A stretch of 64,000 nucleotides of DNA from Phoronis australis (Eukaryota > Animalia > Phoronida): NCBI GenBank assembly GCA_002633005.1, contig NMRA01000297.1, forward strand, positions 338,993-402,992, written 5' to 3'. How positions within the stretch are numbered: position 1 is the stretch's first letter; each line of letters begins with the position of its first letter. The notes beneath the pieces were generated by a model. That model did no database searches and was not told the origin of the DNA. It was given only the letters and a program-made list of their open reading frames with translations. Shown piece after piece: positions 26,335 to 37,995 of this stretch. The position numbers were made by a program, and so were the translations under genes.

Positions 26335-27459
26335 CAGTATTTTCCTCTGTGCTTCACTGCTGTGGGTCTAAACACAGGTCACATAAATTAACGTATTCGG
26401 TAACAAAAGTGTTTTTAAATAAGTTTTCTTCAGTTACAGTATTTTCCTCTGTCTCAGACGAGACACATGTCCCATCAATTAACCCGTTTGATTAGATAAG
26501 GCTCTTGCGTCATTTTCACTTACTGGCACACGTCTTTTTGCTGGGTCAATTAATTACATTTTGAACCAAGCTGACTTTTAATTACGCCATAAGAAACCTT
26601 TTTTAAACGTGTATTTGTAATGAAGGACATTGTAACACGCCGTAACTGGATCGCACATGTTTGTGTAAATGAACGAGGAGTTGGGGCAAGCCCACGATGT
26701 CTGTATTATTTTCAAGTAAATCCTGTTCGCTTGTCGCAGGTCCGCTGCCTAGACACATAAGAAGCCCCTGGATTTTCTCAAATTAGTTCAAGGAACTGTA
26801 AGAGGCTATATCCGACGTTAGCTGCAAGAGGCCGACGAGTGCACAGAATGTATTATGTCATTACATTAATTTCATTCTTCTGAGTTCTCCACGCTCCTAT
26901 ATTTGGTAATACGAGATTGGACCTGTGATATGAATATGCATCACGTCGCCGAATGCATGAAACCAACGGTACGGATTCAAACGCTGTATATTCTCTATCT
27001 ACACAAAGAGAGATTCCAAAGTGAGGACCAGTATATTTTCGGTAAGTGATCCCATTCTGTCTCTAAGACGAGCGTTTGAAATTTCATTTCCTTAAGCCGT
27101 CTGTTAGGAAGATTCTTTTAATTCCGTTTAGCGTACACGGTATCAAGTCGGAATCCAACCATTCGTTGTTTTGGACCAACCGTCTGTACTGAATATTCAT
27201 TCAAAACCTTTTTATATACACGTTTTTTGTTTTCTTATGTTTATTAATTTTTTTGTTTCAATTTTTATTTTGTAGGTTATTCATCCTCTGAAGTTATCTA
27301 AAAGTTTTGTACCAACACTACCTCTGTGGTAAGTTTATTATAAACAGTTCCTAATATTCCAATATTTGATTATTTTATTTTTCGTAAACAAACACGAATA
27401 CACGCCGTCTATTAAAGTAGAGAAGCAACCGGATCGAATTTATCGGTTTCAGAAGAAGT

Positions 27460-28045
27460 GGCGATGAGGCAAGTAAGGGGAAGACCCCAGCGCAAAAAGG
27501 CATCCTTCACACAGCCAACGACTCGAAATTGTGGGTCGACCTTGCCGGTCACCAGTCATCCTTCCCACAGCACATTGTCCAGACCGCCCAGCGCCCTGAC
27601 TTGGTTCTTTATTCGGACAGTTCTCACCAGATCATCCTGATCGAGCTCACTATTCCGTGGGAGAGTAGGGTAGAAGAGGCACATGAGCAGAAGAACATGA
27701 AATATACAGATCTGAGGAGTGACTGCCACGTTAACGGCTGGAGGTGTTGGACTTTTTCTGTGGAGGTTGGCTGCTGTGGTTTTCCGGCCAGCTTGGTTAC
27801 TGCTATGGCAAGGTCTCTGGGAAAGAAGGTTCTTCTACGCGATGTGGCCACCGAAGCTGAACAGGCATCTTGTTGGATATGGATGAAGCACCAACAGCAA
27901 TACCATCAACAACCGTCAGGCAGAGCCTGATCAACTCTGTTGTCCTGCCTACTAGAGATGGTCTTGGTTTAGGGACGAAACCATTAAGGACAGTAGGAGA
28001 CCAACTGAAGATGACGGTTGAGCACAGTTCCATCAAGTGTTTAAA
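27460..28045 (+). mobile_element. 5'-truncated RLE-clade non-LTR retrotransposon (HERO-like): endonuclease domain plus 3' UTR, nested in the Polinton
   Basis: ORF 27529-27930 has RPDLVL...LIELTIPWE...K..KY..L...W.C...VEVGCCGF, the PD-(D/E)xK restriction-like endonuclease pattern typical of HERO-type elements. Confidence 0.8.
27931..28025 (+). ncRNA. Structured 3' UTR with hammerhead-ribozyme-like core motifs in non-canonical order
   Basis: GATGGTC (27957-27963) pairs with GAAACCATT (27977-27985). TTGGTTT (27964-27970) pairs with AGACCAA immediately before CTGAAGA (28005-28011). Stem II is not obvious. Confidence 0.35.
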
Positions 28046-28049
28046 GTAA

Positions 28050-28412
28050 GTTCTTTATCCCGGGGTTTTTAAACAACACAACACTAATAGTGCGCATCTC
28101 TTTGTTTTTAGAAAACAAGTTTTGAACTATCAAAACAACGGAAACCTTTCTATGGTGACTCCCTTTAATAAATAAGTTTGTCACTCTTCCATCCATTTCA
28201 CTCATAATGTCGTCGATCAACACGAGATGTCGCTTGCGTCTATCGAAACTGGAAAGTTCGGGCAACTCTTCTACAAAGTTGACGTGGCTCAAATTAGAAA
28301 ATACGTCTTGGTGCTCTCCGAAACAGTACGTCACAGTGTCCGGAGGAGGATGAATCATCGTAGTGGCATTTTGCAAAAGTCGCATGCTCCACTGAGATTT
28401 TCCACTCGATCT
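28050..28412 (-). pseudogene. Polinton A32/FtsK-HerA-type packaging ATPase fragment
   Basis: Walker A remnant SSGKS, then IHPPP..V.YCFGE, Walker B LVLIDD, and LFIKGSHHR.VSVVLIVQNLF. Both ends are truncated. Confidence 0.85.
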
Positions 28413-28759
28413 TAGCAGTTTCATTCACCGTCTGTTGTCGCGTAACGTTAGCGCCTCCGTCTATTTCATCTGCTAGGTCGCTTCTGTTCAAAACTGTCTC
28501 CCGTTAAGTAACGCTAGGACCTCGCTAAAAAGCAAGACTTCGCGAGATAACGTGAGATATTGCCGTGCATTTTAAATGAGAACACGTGACTTTGACTAGG
28601 TTTTACCTAGGTCCTAGCGTAGGTCCTAGCGTCTACTGAACGCACGCCTGTTCTTGGCTGTCGGCAGCGTTGTTGGACCAATTCCGTATTTCAAACGTGC
28701 CTTTGTTCTCTGCTCCTTGCGCTGGGTTAAAAACCGGTAGCGTTGGGGGAGCGGTCGCT

Positions 28760-28999
28760 TTACGTTACACTGGCTTTTTCTTTAATTTTTTTCAGGCCTT
28801 CATTAACGATCTCAATGAATCCCTTGAGTTTCTCGTATTCACCTTCAGTGAGGCAGACTCCGGTCTGTGTCGGGAAAAGTGTGCCTAGTCGAGCGTAGTC
28901 TTCGTCATAACGTCGAATGTGTACAACTTTACGACCCTTGAAGTCCTGCACGGTTACAAATATGTTCCTGTCAAGTGGATGCATTTTAGTTTGTTCCAT
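28760..28999 (-). CDS. PC4/Sub1-like ssDNA-binding protein (79 aa), Polinton-borne
   Basis: IFVTVQDFKGRKVVHIRRY...FPTQTGVCLTEGEYEKLK matches the PC4 pattern (YVSVRDFKGKVLIDIREY...PGRKGISLNPEQWSQLK). ATG at 28999; CCTATAAA lies about 50 bp upstream on the minus strand. Confidence 0.85.
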   Translation of the reverse strand: MEQTKMHPLDRNIFVTVQDFKGRKVVHIRRYDEDYARLGTLFPTQTGVCLTEGEYEKLKGFIEIVNEGLKKIKEKASVT

Positions 29000-29080
29000 T
29001 CTGTGAAAATATCGTCGAATAATTTGGAATACCGAGACGCTCAATTTATAGGCACTTCTACCCGTTGTAGACAAGCTCAG

Positions 29081-29315
29081 ACACGTTTGGGCAGGCCCGA
29101 CACGCGACATCACTTGAAATTTAATACACGAATATTAACCAATCATGTGCTAACATTTGTGATCACGTGAGTCTAATCGATTTAGACCGTAAACGTTACC
29201 TCAAACACGTTCGGGCACGTTTGGGCAGACCCGACAAACGGAAACTCTCATTTCGCAATACCTAAACATTGACCAATCACATGCTGTTCTTTGCGATACT
29301 AACCGGTTTAGACCG
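29081..29315. promoter_or_regulatory. Duplicated putative promoter module (two diverged copies about 135 bp apart, each with CCAAT)
   Basis: CACGTTTGGGCAG.CCCGACA...ACCAATCA.RTGC...TTTAGACCG occurs at about 29082 and about 29216, between the divergently oriented PC4-like and polB regions. Confidence 0.45.
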
Positions 29316-30028
29316 GTTTTTCGTTCGTGCACTTAAAGGTTGCGTTTTGTCAATTTCAGCACATCAAACCGTCTGTAGAAGCGGAGATCACCCGAAAACA
29401 ACAAGTGACCCAAATCAAGACGAAATAAGACACACGACAGGTTAGTGACTTTACACAATGGCTTGCTATCTCGAATTATTGCTTCAGTTAGAGCGAGATA
29501 TGAAAGAAAGGGCCTTTTTACACAAATGTATATAATGGTCAAGACTTACATGGAGGTGTGCGAAAATTGTACGCCTTGTTCTTTTTGACACTAGAAGAGG
29601 ACATGACGAAACTGATTAAAATACTAGAAGAGGAGCGGCAAAGAGACTGTCCATAGGCCATGAACATCATGTATAAACACGTAATCGATTCACAAATGAG
29701 TCGGTTGGCGATCTATCACCTTAATATTACGTGTAGACACCTCTTGCTATCCACAAGGACAACGTTTTATCCAGAAGTCTATGTAAACACGTCAGACTAT
29801 TTGTACATCAATGTGACTATTATGTAGCTAATCGACATTGGATTGAGGCATCTTCGTTTTATGAACGGGAGATGATCGAGGACGACGTTTACAACGACCT
29901 TGTGGAAGGTGACTACAACAGAGCGGACAATCTTTTACGGAATTATGTCGGAGGTGTTGCTTTATGGTATTCAGATTCGTCTTCGGATTGACTTTTATTT
30001 TATTTATATATTTATTTATTTTTCAGCA

Positions 30029-33000
30029 ATGAAAGAACACTGCAATATTTGTGGAAAGACGTTCCCTAAGCCCCGAGGCCTGCAACAACATCGTCGAAGG
30101 GCTCACGGGGGGAGCACGCTTACTAATTTTGTGGCATGACCTTCAGCCGAAGGGATAGAGTGTCGAGAGACAGTGATGCGGTCAAAATGAGCATGGCGGC
30201 TCCCAACGCGACTCTACCTTCAGCGCAGCGTCTACGTCATCGCCAGAAAATAACGTCATCGCTGAAGATCCGAACGTATCACGAATTCCCAAAAACATCG
30301 ATCTGCGAGAAGACCTAATGATGGTATTTAGACAACAGACTGTTGTATATAAATTAAATTTTTCTTACGGTTTCATTTTGAGAAACCAGGAAAACAACGA
30401 ACTCCGGTAGTTTCACGCTAGTTTGAACAATAACTCGTTCTTGGATGAACCCCTTGTTGTGAAGCGAGAACGAGATCATCTGGACGTTTTGTTTTCCATT
30501 CTAGGTGACCTGGACGTTCTAGAATTGGTGAGACAACGACGACCCACGTCGAGATAGATCGTTGAACTCGTTACCAAATTAACTGTTTACGTAACGCACA
30601 TGATTGATCACCCCATCGGCGCACCCGTTTCGCTTCCATCATACCTTGTACATAATAAAGGCATGTGGGCGATGACAACCGACGCATACGAGAAACACGA
30701 CGATCGATTGTGTTTCTTTCGCTGTCTGGCCGCTCATCGACTGCGGTCTCGGAAGGTTTGCAGAATTTAACCAAACAACTTTTCAACAAATATCATCGTC
30801 ATAAAGGTATTCCATCGAATTAGTTTCAAGACGTTTTCCTGGGGGATGTTTTCGAAATACAAAACGTATTCCAAATTAGAATCTACGTGTACGAGTTGGA
30901 AGAATCCGAAGACGGGTGTCACAGCTCGCGTGCTTTGTGGAGCCCATCGCCAGTTTGACGACAAACTATTTCTCAACTTGTACGAATACCACTTTTCGTA
31001 CATTCACGACATCAAAAAGTATTGTAGGTCTTACCAATGCAATCTCTGTAGTTCGTTTTGGAGTACCGCGTCGGAAGTATCTAGACACCAACAAACGTGC
31101 GAAAACAGTGTGAGACACGTTTTTCCTGGGAAAGCGTACGCAGTACCACTAACAGTTTTCGAGAAACTGGAAGAAGAGGGATACGTCGCTCCCGAAAGCG
31201 ATCGCTACTACCCCTACAGGGCGGCGTTTGATATAGAGACATTCATTCGGAGGTCCTAAACTAACCTGGGAAAGAGAACACGAGGTTATCAGCGTTTCTG
31301 TGGCCTGTAACGTCGACGGGTTTGAAGATCAGCTGTGTTTTGTTTCTAACGGTGACCCCAAAGAAGTGGTGAGAAAAATGATTCAAAATCTTGTCGTCAT
31401 TAGTGACCAGGCATGCCGCCTACAAAGAGAGAAGTTTGTGTGGGTCTTTGAAGAAATTCAAGAGACGGTTCGTGGGGATGTAGCAGACAACGCCGAGGTG
31501 GACGACGTTGACAAAGACGGGGAAACCGAAGATAAACCTCCTCGTCACTTCCTGCAAGACTGGCCGTCGATATTGATCATTACCTCAAACACTTTTCGAC
31601 GGTACGGTTGATTTCAATTCGGGAAATTACGATCTGAATACCATGAAGAATCGGTTTTTTCCAATACTGTTATCAATGCAAGATTTGAGGTTCGTGATCA
31701 AGTGCAACAATATTTTTATGTGCTTAGCAACATATCAACTTAAATTTCTCGACATTGTCAGTTACTTGGCCCCGGGTGGTAGCTATGCAAATTTTTGATG
31801 GCCCGCGAGACGAGAAAGATTTCTTTCCCTATGAGCACGTGAATAACTGGGGTAAACTAGAGGAATCGCTTCTACCACCGCAAGCGGTATTTTACAGCAG
31901 TTTGAAAGGGGAGGAGATAAGCGATGCCCTCTTTCTGAGGGCATAGAAAGACAACAATATGAAGAGTCTGAAAGATTTTTTGGTGTGGTACAATAACAAA
32001 GATACCGGGCCGGTCCTGGAAGCCGTCGATACCATGGCGGCAATCTACAGGTAAAAGGGCGTCGAACTCTTCAAGGATGGAATAAGCGTGCCCGGACTGA
32101 CCATGAAAATTCTCTTCAAAAACGTATTCTTTACGCTCTTTGAGGAAAAACACAAAGACTTGTATTATACCTTCAAATAGAATATCGTCGGAGGTCCTAG
32201 TATTGTTTTCCAAAGATACCACGAAAAGGGAAAGACGTTTATACGCCAACGGGAGATGAAGAAAGCGGGAAAAATACCAAAGACAGTGTCAAAGATTCTG
32301 GGTTTCGATGTAAATGCTCTTTACCTTCGCAGCATTATGAACGAGCAACCGACCGCACCATTTATTCGTCGTAGGCAAGAAAATAATTTCCAAGAGAATT
32401 TTTCCCACCTTAACGCGCGAAAGGCAACGGCTTGGTTAGATTACGTAGGCTGGCAACGAGGAATCCGTATCCGTCACCAGTTCAACAGGGTTGAAAAAGG
32501 GTGGGTCAGCATCGTATTCCAGTGGATGGTTTCTGTCGTCAGTCGCACAAGGTGTTCCAATTCCAAGGATGTTACTGGCACGACCACGAATGACGTCTCA
32601 CGAGAAACGACGACGGAACTCCGAGGACGAGGAACGAAACTCGAAACGTCGCCAGAAAAATGAGAGACTAAATCATCGATCAAGGCTTTGATTACGAAGA
32701 GATTTGGGAATGTGAATTTGAGGATTTGAAACGGCAAGACGTACCCTACATTCTTTTCTCAGAAGACGAGTGTTGTCCACGGTACTCTGTTCTGGGTTGT
32801 GAAATGTGATATCGAAGTACCGAAGCATCTGAGAGAGCACATTTCAGAAATGCAGCCGATATTCAAGAATGTAGACATCACCAGAGACGACGTAGGAGAA
32901 TTTATACGGGAGCATGCCGAGAGAAACAACATAATGAGCCGATCACGACGATCTCTGGTGGTAAGTTTCTTCGGTAAGAAATCCTGTTGGCAACCCCACT

Positions 33001-33878
33001 TCTGAAATGGTGTTTGGGACACGGTCTGGAGATAAAAAACGTCTATCAAGTGTTCGAATTTGCTCCCGTAAAATGCTTCGAACATTTTGGTGAGGAAGTC
33101 AGCGACGCTAGGCGGGAAGGGAACAAAGACAAAAACCAAGCGATTGTGGCGCAGACGATGAAGCTCATAGGGAACAGCGCATATAGTAAGACGGTAATGA
33201 ACCAAGAAAGGCACCGTGACGTGAAGTCTGGCGGAGAGGAGAAGTCCAGTTCCCGGAATGCAGACACGTCAACTACATCGGGGACGGAATCTACGAATTG
33301 GAGATGAAACCTGAGCCTGCCGCTTCAAGTAGGCTTCTTTGTTTAACAGTGCGCAAAGTTGCGCATGTTGGAATTTTACTACGACTTCCTGTTAAGATTC
33401 GTCGACAGATCCGATTTCGACTATTGCGAAATGGACTCAGACTTGGCGTACAGGGCTATATCCGGTAACTGTCTAGAGGACGTGATTAAACCAGACATGC
33501 GTGCAGCTTTCTTCAGGGAAAAACATGTTTGGTTTCCTCGAACGGACACGGAAGAAAATGACACGTACGACACGCGCACGCCCGGCTTATTGAAACTGGA
33601 ATTTGAAGGGGACTACTGCGTATTACGTGGGGACGGACGACAGTCAATCGCATTTTAGCTCTAAAGGAGTACAACGACATAGTAATGAAATTGACAAAGC
33701 GAGTTATCTCAAAGTGTTGCAGACCACGAAGAGTAGCTCAGCCCTCAACAAAGGATTTTGGTTAGGCGGCGATAACACTATGTATACCTAACTGCATAAG
33801 AGGTGCGCGTTCACCTACTTTTATCCCAAAAGACAAGTGTTCGCCGGCGGCGTGACCACTGGACCTTTGAACATTTAA
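30029..33878 (+). pseudogene. Protein-primed family B DNA polymerase (pPolB), multiply frameshifted
   Basis: N-terminal C2H2-like CNICGKTF...H...H; ExoI AFDIET; ExoII FNSGNYDL; KDFFPYE; ExoIII YNNKD; NIVGGPS; motif A GFDVNALY (about 32300); motif B KLIGNSAYSK (about 33161); motif C YCEMDSD (about 33422); RTPGLLKLE; SSKGV; ends YPKRQV...GVTTGPLNI* at 33878. Confidence 0.93.
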
Positions 33879-34563
33879 TTCGGACAAATTGCTATTAATA
33901 ATAAACTACTTTTACGGATAACGGTGTCTTAAACGTCTGGATGTTTTTGTATTGTATTCTAAAGTATTTTGGTATTAATACACGTTTAAACATTATAAGA
34001 TTTATGTTATGTTTTAGCTGGTCACGTCTAATTACTAGCATCGTTAATTTAATACCGTCAGTACCTGGGAAAGGTATACGCAACATTTGTTATTAAGAGA
34101 GGAGAGTGTGCAATTTTTTGTTGTTGAGAAAGGAGAGAGAACCAAGGGATACTACATGTGGCGCACGCGAAATAAGGTAATCCACCTTTTGTTTTTATTC
34201 AGCAATGTAATCCCTATTTTTGTTTCGGCTCTCGATCCGTTGAACAAACTCAACGGATTCAACGTTTTTTTAGAGTCAGAACATCGGGTGATGAATGGTG
34301 CCAGGCTCTAACCTGTATGATCACGTCAGCAGTCACGTGAGCTCCATTTCAGCTTCCGGTTACACGCATGACCTTGACCTTGGATCGAAGTGCCTGTCTA
34401 ACAGGTTCAATTAAATCTATTACGTAATGAGGTGTGACGTCATTGACACTTCCTTCCGGTGGGAAGATGACGTCCCTTTCGGTTGCACTCGCCATATTTG
34501 ACTTATGACCTTTGACCGAGGAGCCTCCCAAACTGGGCGCCTCAATGACTATACTATACAACT
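33575..34563 (-). repeat. Polinton right terminal inverted repeat (overlaps the polB 3' end)
   Basis: Reverse-complement match to 25582-26334, except about 33720-34026, which is absent from the left copy. Confidence 0.88.
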
Positions 34564-35026
34564 AATGTCTTTACAATATGTATTATTTGTAATACTCAAA
34601 GCTCTCTGTTCAGTCCCCAAGATGTGTTTCATTAATCTTCTTCGATATCAGTAATATTTTTTAACAAAAATACTATTAAAAGTCAGCAGCAGAACGTTTT
34701 TTTTTGTAATAAAAGTTTACAACTTACTATGAAATAGACTGTCACCTAACGACCATTTTTGACGATTCTTTAATCAACTGTTCTTCTTCCACAAACATGC
34801 GCAACGTTCACAAAAAGTTCCCAGATGATTTCATTCCGTTATAAGTTACGGAGTGAACATAGCTTGTAAATCTGCCAGTTTTGTTTTCATGCAGTAAGTT
34901 TTCCAGAATCCGGAAAAAATATATAAAATGATTCCCATAAACGAGTCTTCAGTAATTTCAGTGTAAAAATGTTGCACAGCTCGAAAGAAACGCTGTCTTA
35001 AACGGGAAATCATTATACATTTGTAG

Positions 35027-35222
35027 TACGGCAAACGCTGAGCAAGACAATATCACGCTTACAACGCGGACGTCGTCTTCAGGAAACACCAGCATTTCTT
35101 ACACATCAGATGCCTCAGCCGAGTTCACCATAAATCTTTCGGATTTTCGTGACAGTATCGACACGGACGAGCAATCTGAAAGGAATTCTCCGGAAACATT
35201 GGAAGAAGGTCATCAAGCAGAT
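35027..35222 (+). CDS. Candidate upstream exon of the pLGIC gene (Ser/Thr/acidic segment)
   Basis: TTTGTAG acceptor; open frame TANAEQDNITLTTRTSSSG...EEGHQAD; weak GTACGC donor in phase 0, compatible with the next exon. Confidence 0.3.
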
Positions 35223-36625
35223 GTACGCGACTAACTTTAAAAAATATCCCAAAACAAGATTTCAAAAGACATCATTTTCATCACCATCACTGTCACGATC
35301 ATTGCATGGTAATTTCGGCCATATTTTTACAGTACCATCATTTTCATTACCAACACCTCGTATAACGGCACTTCTAACAAAGTCACCGTCACATCCGAAC
35401 GCAATTAGAGCCTTGCATGATTGTTCTAAATGTATGCTCGTTTGAATCAAGCTTTAATCCTAATCGGACTCACGATCTTTAACTAGACATGCCTCCTTTT
35501 TTATTACAAAAAACACATTTGGTTAGTAACGTCTTTTGGGTTCTTCATTGTTCAGTTGATCTTTTTCAGAATCAGAACAATCTACAGGAAAATACATGCA
35601 GCTGGCGCTCTGCCAATACTCCTTCTCGAAGTATAGGGGGGCGTGTACCAGTAAGTTATACAATCTTAGAAAGCAATACATGTACGTGATCATCGATTGT
35701 CCCGAAAGAACACACCTTGAGAGCAAAGACCTCGAAAGTACAAAAAACGCCAAATATAAGATGGTGCAAGGGTGACGGAGGGCACAAGTTTGTAAGGGGA
35801 AAAGTATTAGCGTACCCTATACCCTGCATGCTAGTGAAACAGCATGACCCGAGGCACAAGACTCTTAGTTGCAGTAGACGCAGAACACAATCAATCCTTT
35901 AGGTGTATCATTACCTGCATAATGCGCCAGCCTTACATCTCAAGGGCGGAAGAGCGCTTCCGAGCGAGGCCATTGCCGAGATGTACAGCCGTGCACCTCG
36001 ACTAAATGAAAAATGTTGAGTAGAATAGAAAAACACAAAATAAACGTCTTTTCAGGGAATGCCAGCTCTACCAGTAGGTGAAGCGTAGGAACATGAACCT
36101 AAATTTCATGTAAGGAGTGTGTAAAACAAGAGATTATTGCTGACCTACGTCTCTGTTTCCACTATCAATGCTTCCAAGGGCTGCATCGCTTTCAAATTGA
36201 AATAATAATTGTCCTTCATTGTGCAAATGGAGATTCTAAAAGCTGTTGTTACAGTATCGATAGAATGTAAATACGTTGACATACGTGTTTGCATGTGCAA
36301 ATTCGGGTGCGTGCCAATACATTTATGTGCTATCATGCATTTATTTAGGGATGCTAGTATAATTTGTACATGCAGGTAGTAGTCCTTCTCGGAGACAGAT
36401 TTCATTTAGCATTGGCTGTTTTGGGGATGGATTCCCTAGACCTTTCAGACTCTCTGTAGAACAGCCCACATTCAGGGGACACAGAACACAGAAATTGGGA
36501 ACTGTATAGTTGATATGTGTTGTTTTGATTAGCATCAATGAAGTGTAGTCTGAACCCTGAACACCGGACGGTTTTTTTATTTAAAGGTTCGAGTAAAAGT
36601 GTATAAATATATCTTACCATTGCAG

Positions 36626-36754
36626 ACGACAGTTGTTGTTAGGCTAGAGTTTCTAAAGATTCATGAAGTGGACAGCAAGGCTAACAGCTTTGTCGGAGAC
36701 ATTTTAATTGAGGCTCGCTGGTGTGATTCGTCAATCACAGGAAATGTGAAAGAG
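36626..36754 (+). CDS. Cys-less pentameric ligand-gated ion channel, exon A (beta1-beta2)
   Basis: TGCAG|TTVVVRLEFLKIHEVDSKANSFVGDILIEARWCD...|GT; fits the pLGIC I.EVD....F......W.D pattern; phase 0. Confidence 0.85.
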
Positions 36755-37209
36755 GTATAAATCTATAATGTTAACTTTTGAATTTATTAAGTGCATGTAA
36801 AAATGTCTCGAAGAACATACACGAAAAAAGTCATGTAACACAATAATGACAAAGGTCTATAAGCGTATAGTGTAAGTGAACACTATTTAAGCAGGGCTAT
36901 TGAAAATACAGGTAAATTTGTCTACAATGCTGACGATTGAGTTTAACTTTCCTCATCATTACATGTACATGTATGAATCCAAATCCATACTGAGTCTTTA
37001 TCAAATACAAAGGAGGTTTCAACTACTATTAAAGCCAAATAATAAATTAGTTAAAGCCAAACTGCTGCTATCCTGAGTCTCTCTTGGTTTGATTCCAAAG
37101 GTTAAAATTTCTGTTAAGGAATTATTTTATCTCTGTTTTGAAACCATGAACAAAATGCATAAATTTAAAAGGCATATTGTTTTCCTACAGTAACCAAATC
37201 TTTTTAAAG

Positions 37210-37416
37210 GATTTTCTTGAACACGAGAAGAAACGCGCAGATTTCTGGAATCCCAGACTAACCGTTGTGAACATGGACAGAAATCACCATCAGGAGGTAT
37301 GGCACGAGATTGAGCAAGCAATAGACGGGACAGCTGTTGTCGTCTACAAAAAGAAAATCCAGCGAGGCATATTCTTTGTGAAATTTGAACTCCGCTACTT
37401 TCCATTCGACATACAG
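37210..37416 (+). CDS. pLGIC exon B (loop A WNP to Pro-loop)
   Basis: TTTTTAAAG|DFLEH...FWNPRLTVVN...RGIFFVKFELRYFPFDIQ|GTAGGT. Confidence 0.9.
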
Positions 37417-37789
37417 GTAGGTTTAAAGCGCATGTGCTGCGCAATAAGACATATAGAGTACGGATTTTGATTAGTTCACAAAAGGTTTTCTTTCAGACGA
37501 CTGGTAAGACGTTGTGATTGGACAGAATGTGAACACTCAACAAGTGGTACACACTCTGTTCTACTGCAACAGCCCAGGTCTGGAACCAAAGGTGGCCTTT
37601 TGGATATCTTTTAAACTGCAACATGTAACTGTGTACATTTTTAAAATCCAGAACGATCACAAAAACGTTCTGTGGGTACAAAAATAACGCCTTACTGAGA
37701 TTGACTTTTCTTAAAAATGCGCGCGTGTGGTTAAGTTGCGACTATCGTTGGACAAATGGGTGAACGTAATTACGCAAGATATTATTTAG

Positions 37790-37990
37790 AAGCTTAAAAT
37801 ATTTATTTGCGGCGTAAAGTATCTATTTGCGCCAACAACTAAGTATTTACAGCATAAAATAATTATTTCTGGCGTAAAGTAATTATTTTAAGCAGCAAAT
37901 AATTACTTTACGACATTAAATTACGTGCGTAAGTTACTGTAATTCTAGTAAGAAGCGTAAATTAAAATTTGCGGCGTAAAGTAATTACTG
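37790..37990. repeat. Degenerate tandem repeat of about 21 bp (GCGGCGTAAAGTAATTATTT-like), resuming at about 43030-43140
   Basis: The same motif flanks both sides of the Ngaro remnant, suggesting it is the host repeat that was interrupted. Confidence 0.55.
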
Positions 37991-37995
37991 ACCGT

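Larger units (their letters stand above)
25582..34563. mobile_element. Polinton/Maverick element, internally deleted (about 9.0 kb)
   Basis: Termini 5'-AGTAGTATAG...TATACAACT-3' (AG...CT); perfect 6-bp TSD AATGTC at 25576-25581 and 34564-34569; long TIRs; pPolB and packaging ATPase remnants inside. Confidence 0.95.

Noticed and set aside
35050-35200. Minus-strand RING-like peptide PCRYCHENPK...HLMCKKC
   Set aside because: Contains a stop and lacks a ligand; the plus strand has a cleaner open frame, so this is probably its antisense shadow.
37191-37209. Alternative acceptor TTTCCTACAG for exon B
   Set aside because: Would place TAA in frame after phase-0 exon A; the AG at 37208-37209 keeps the frame.
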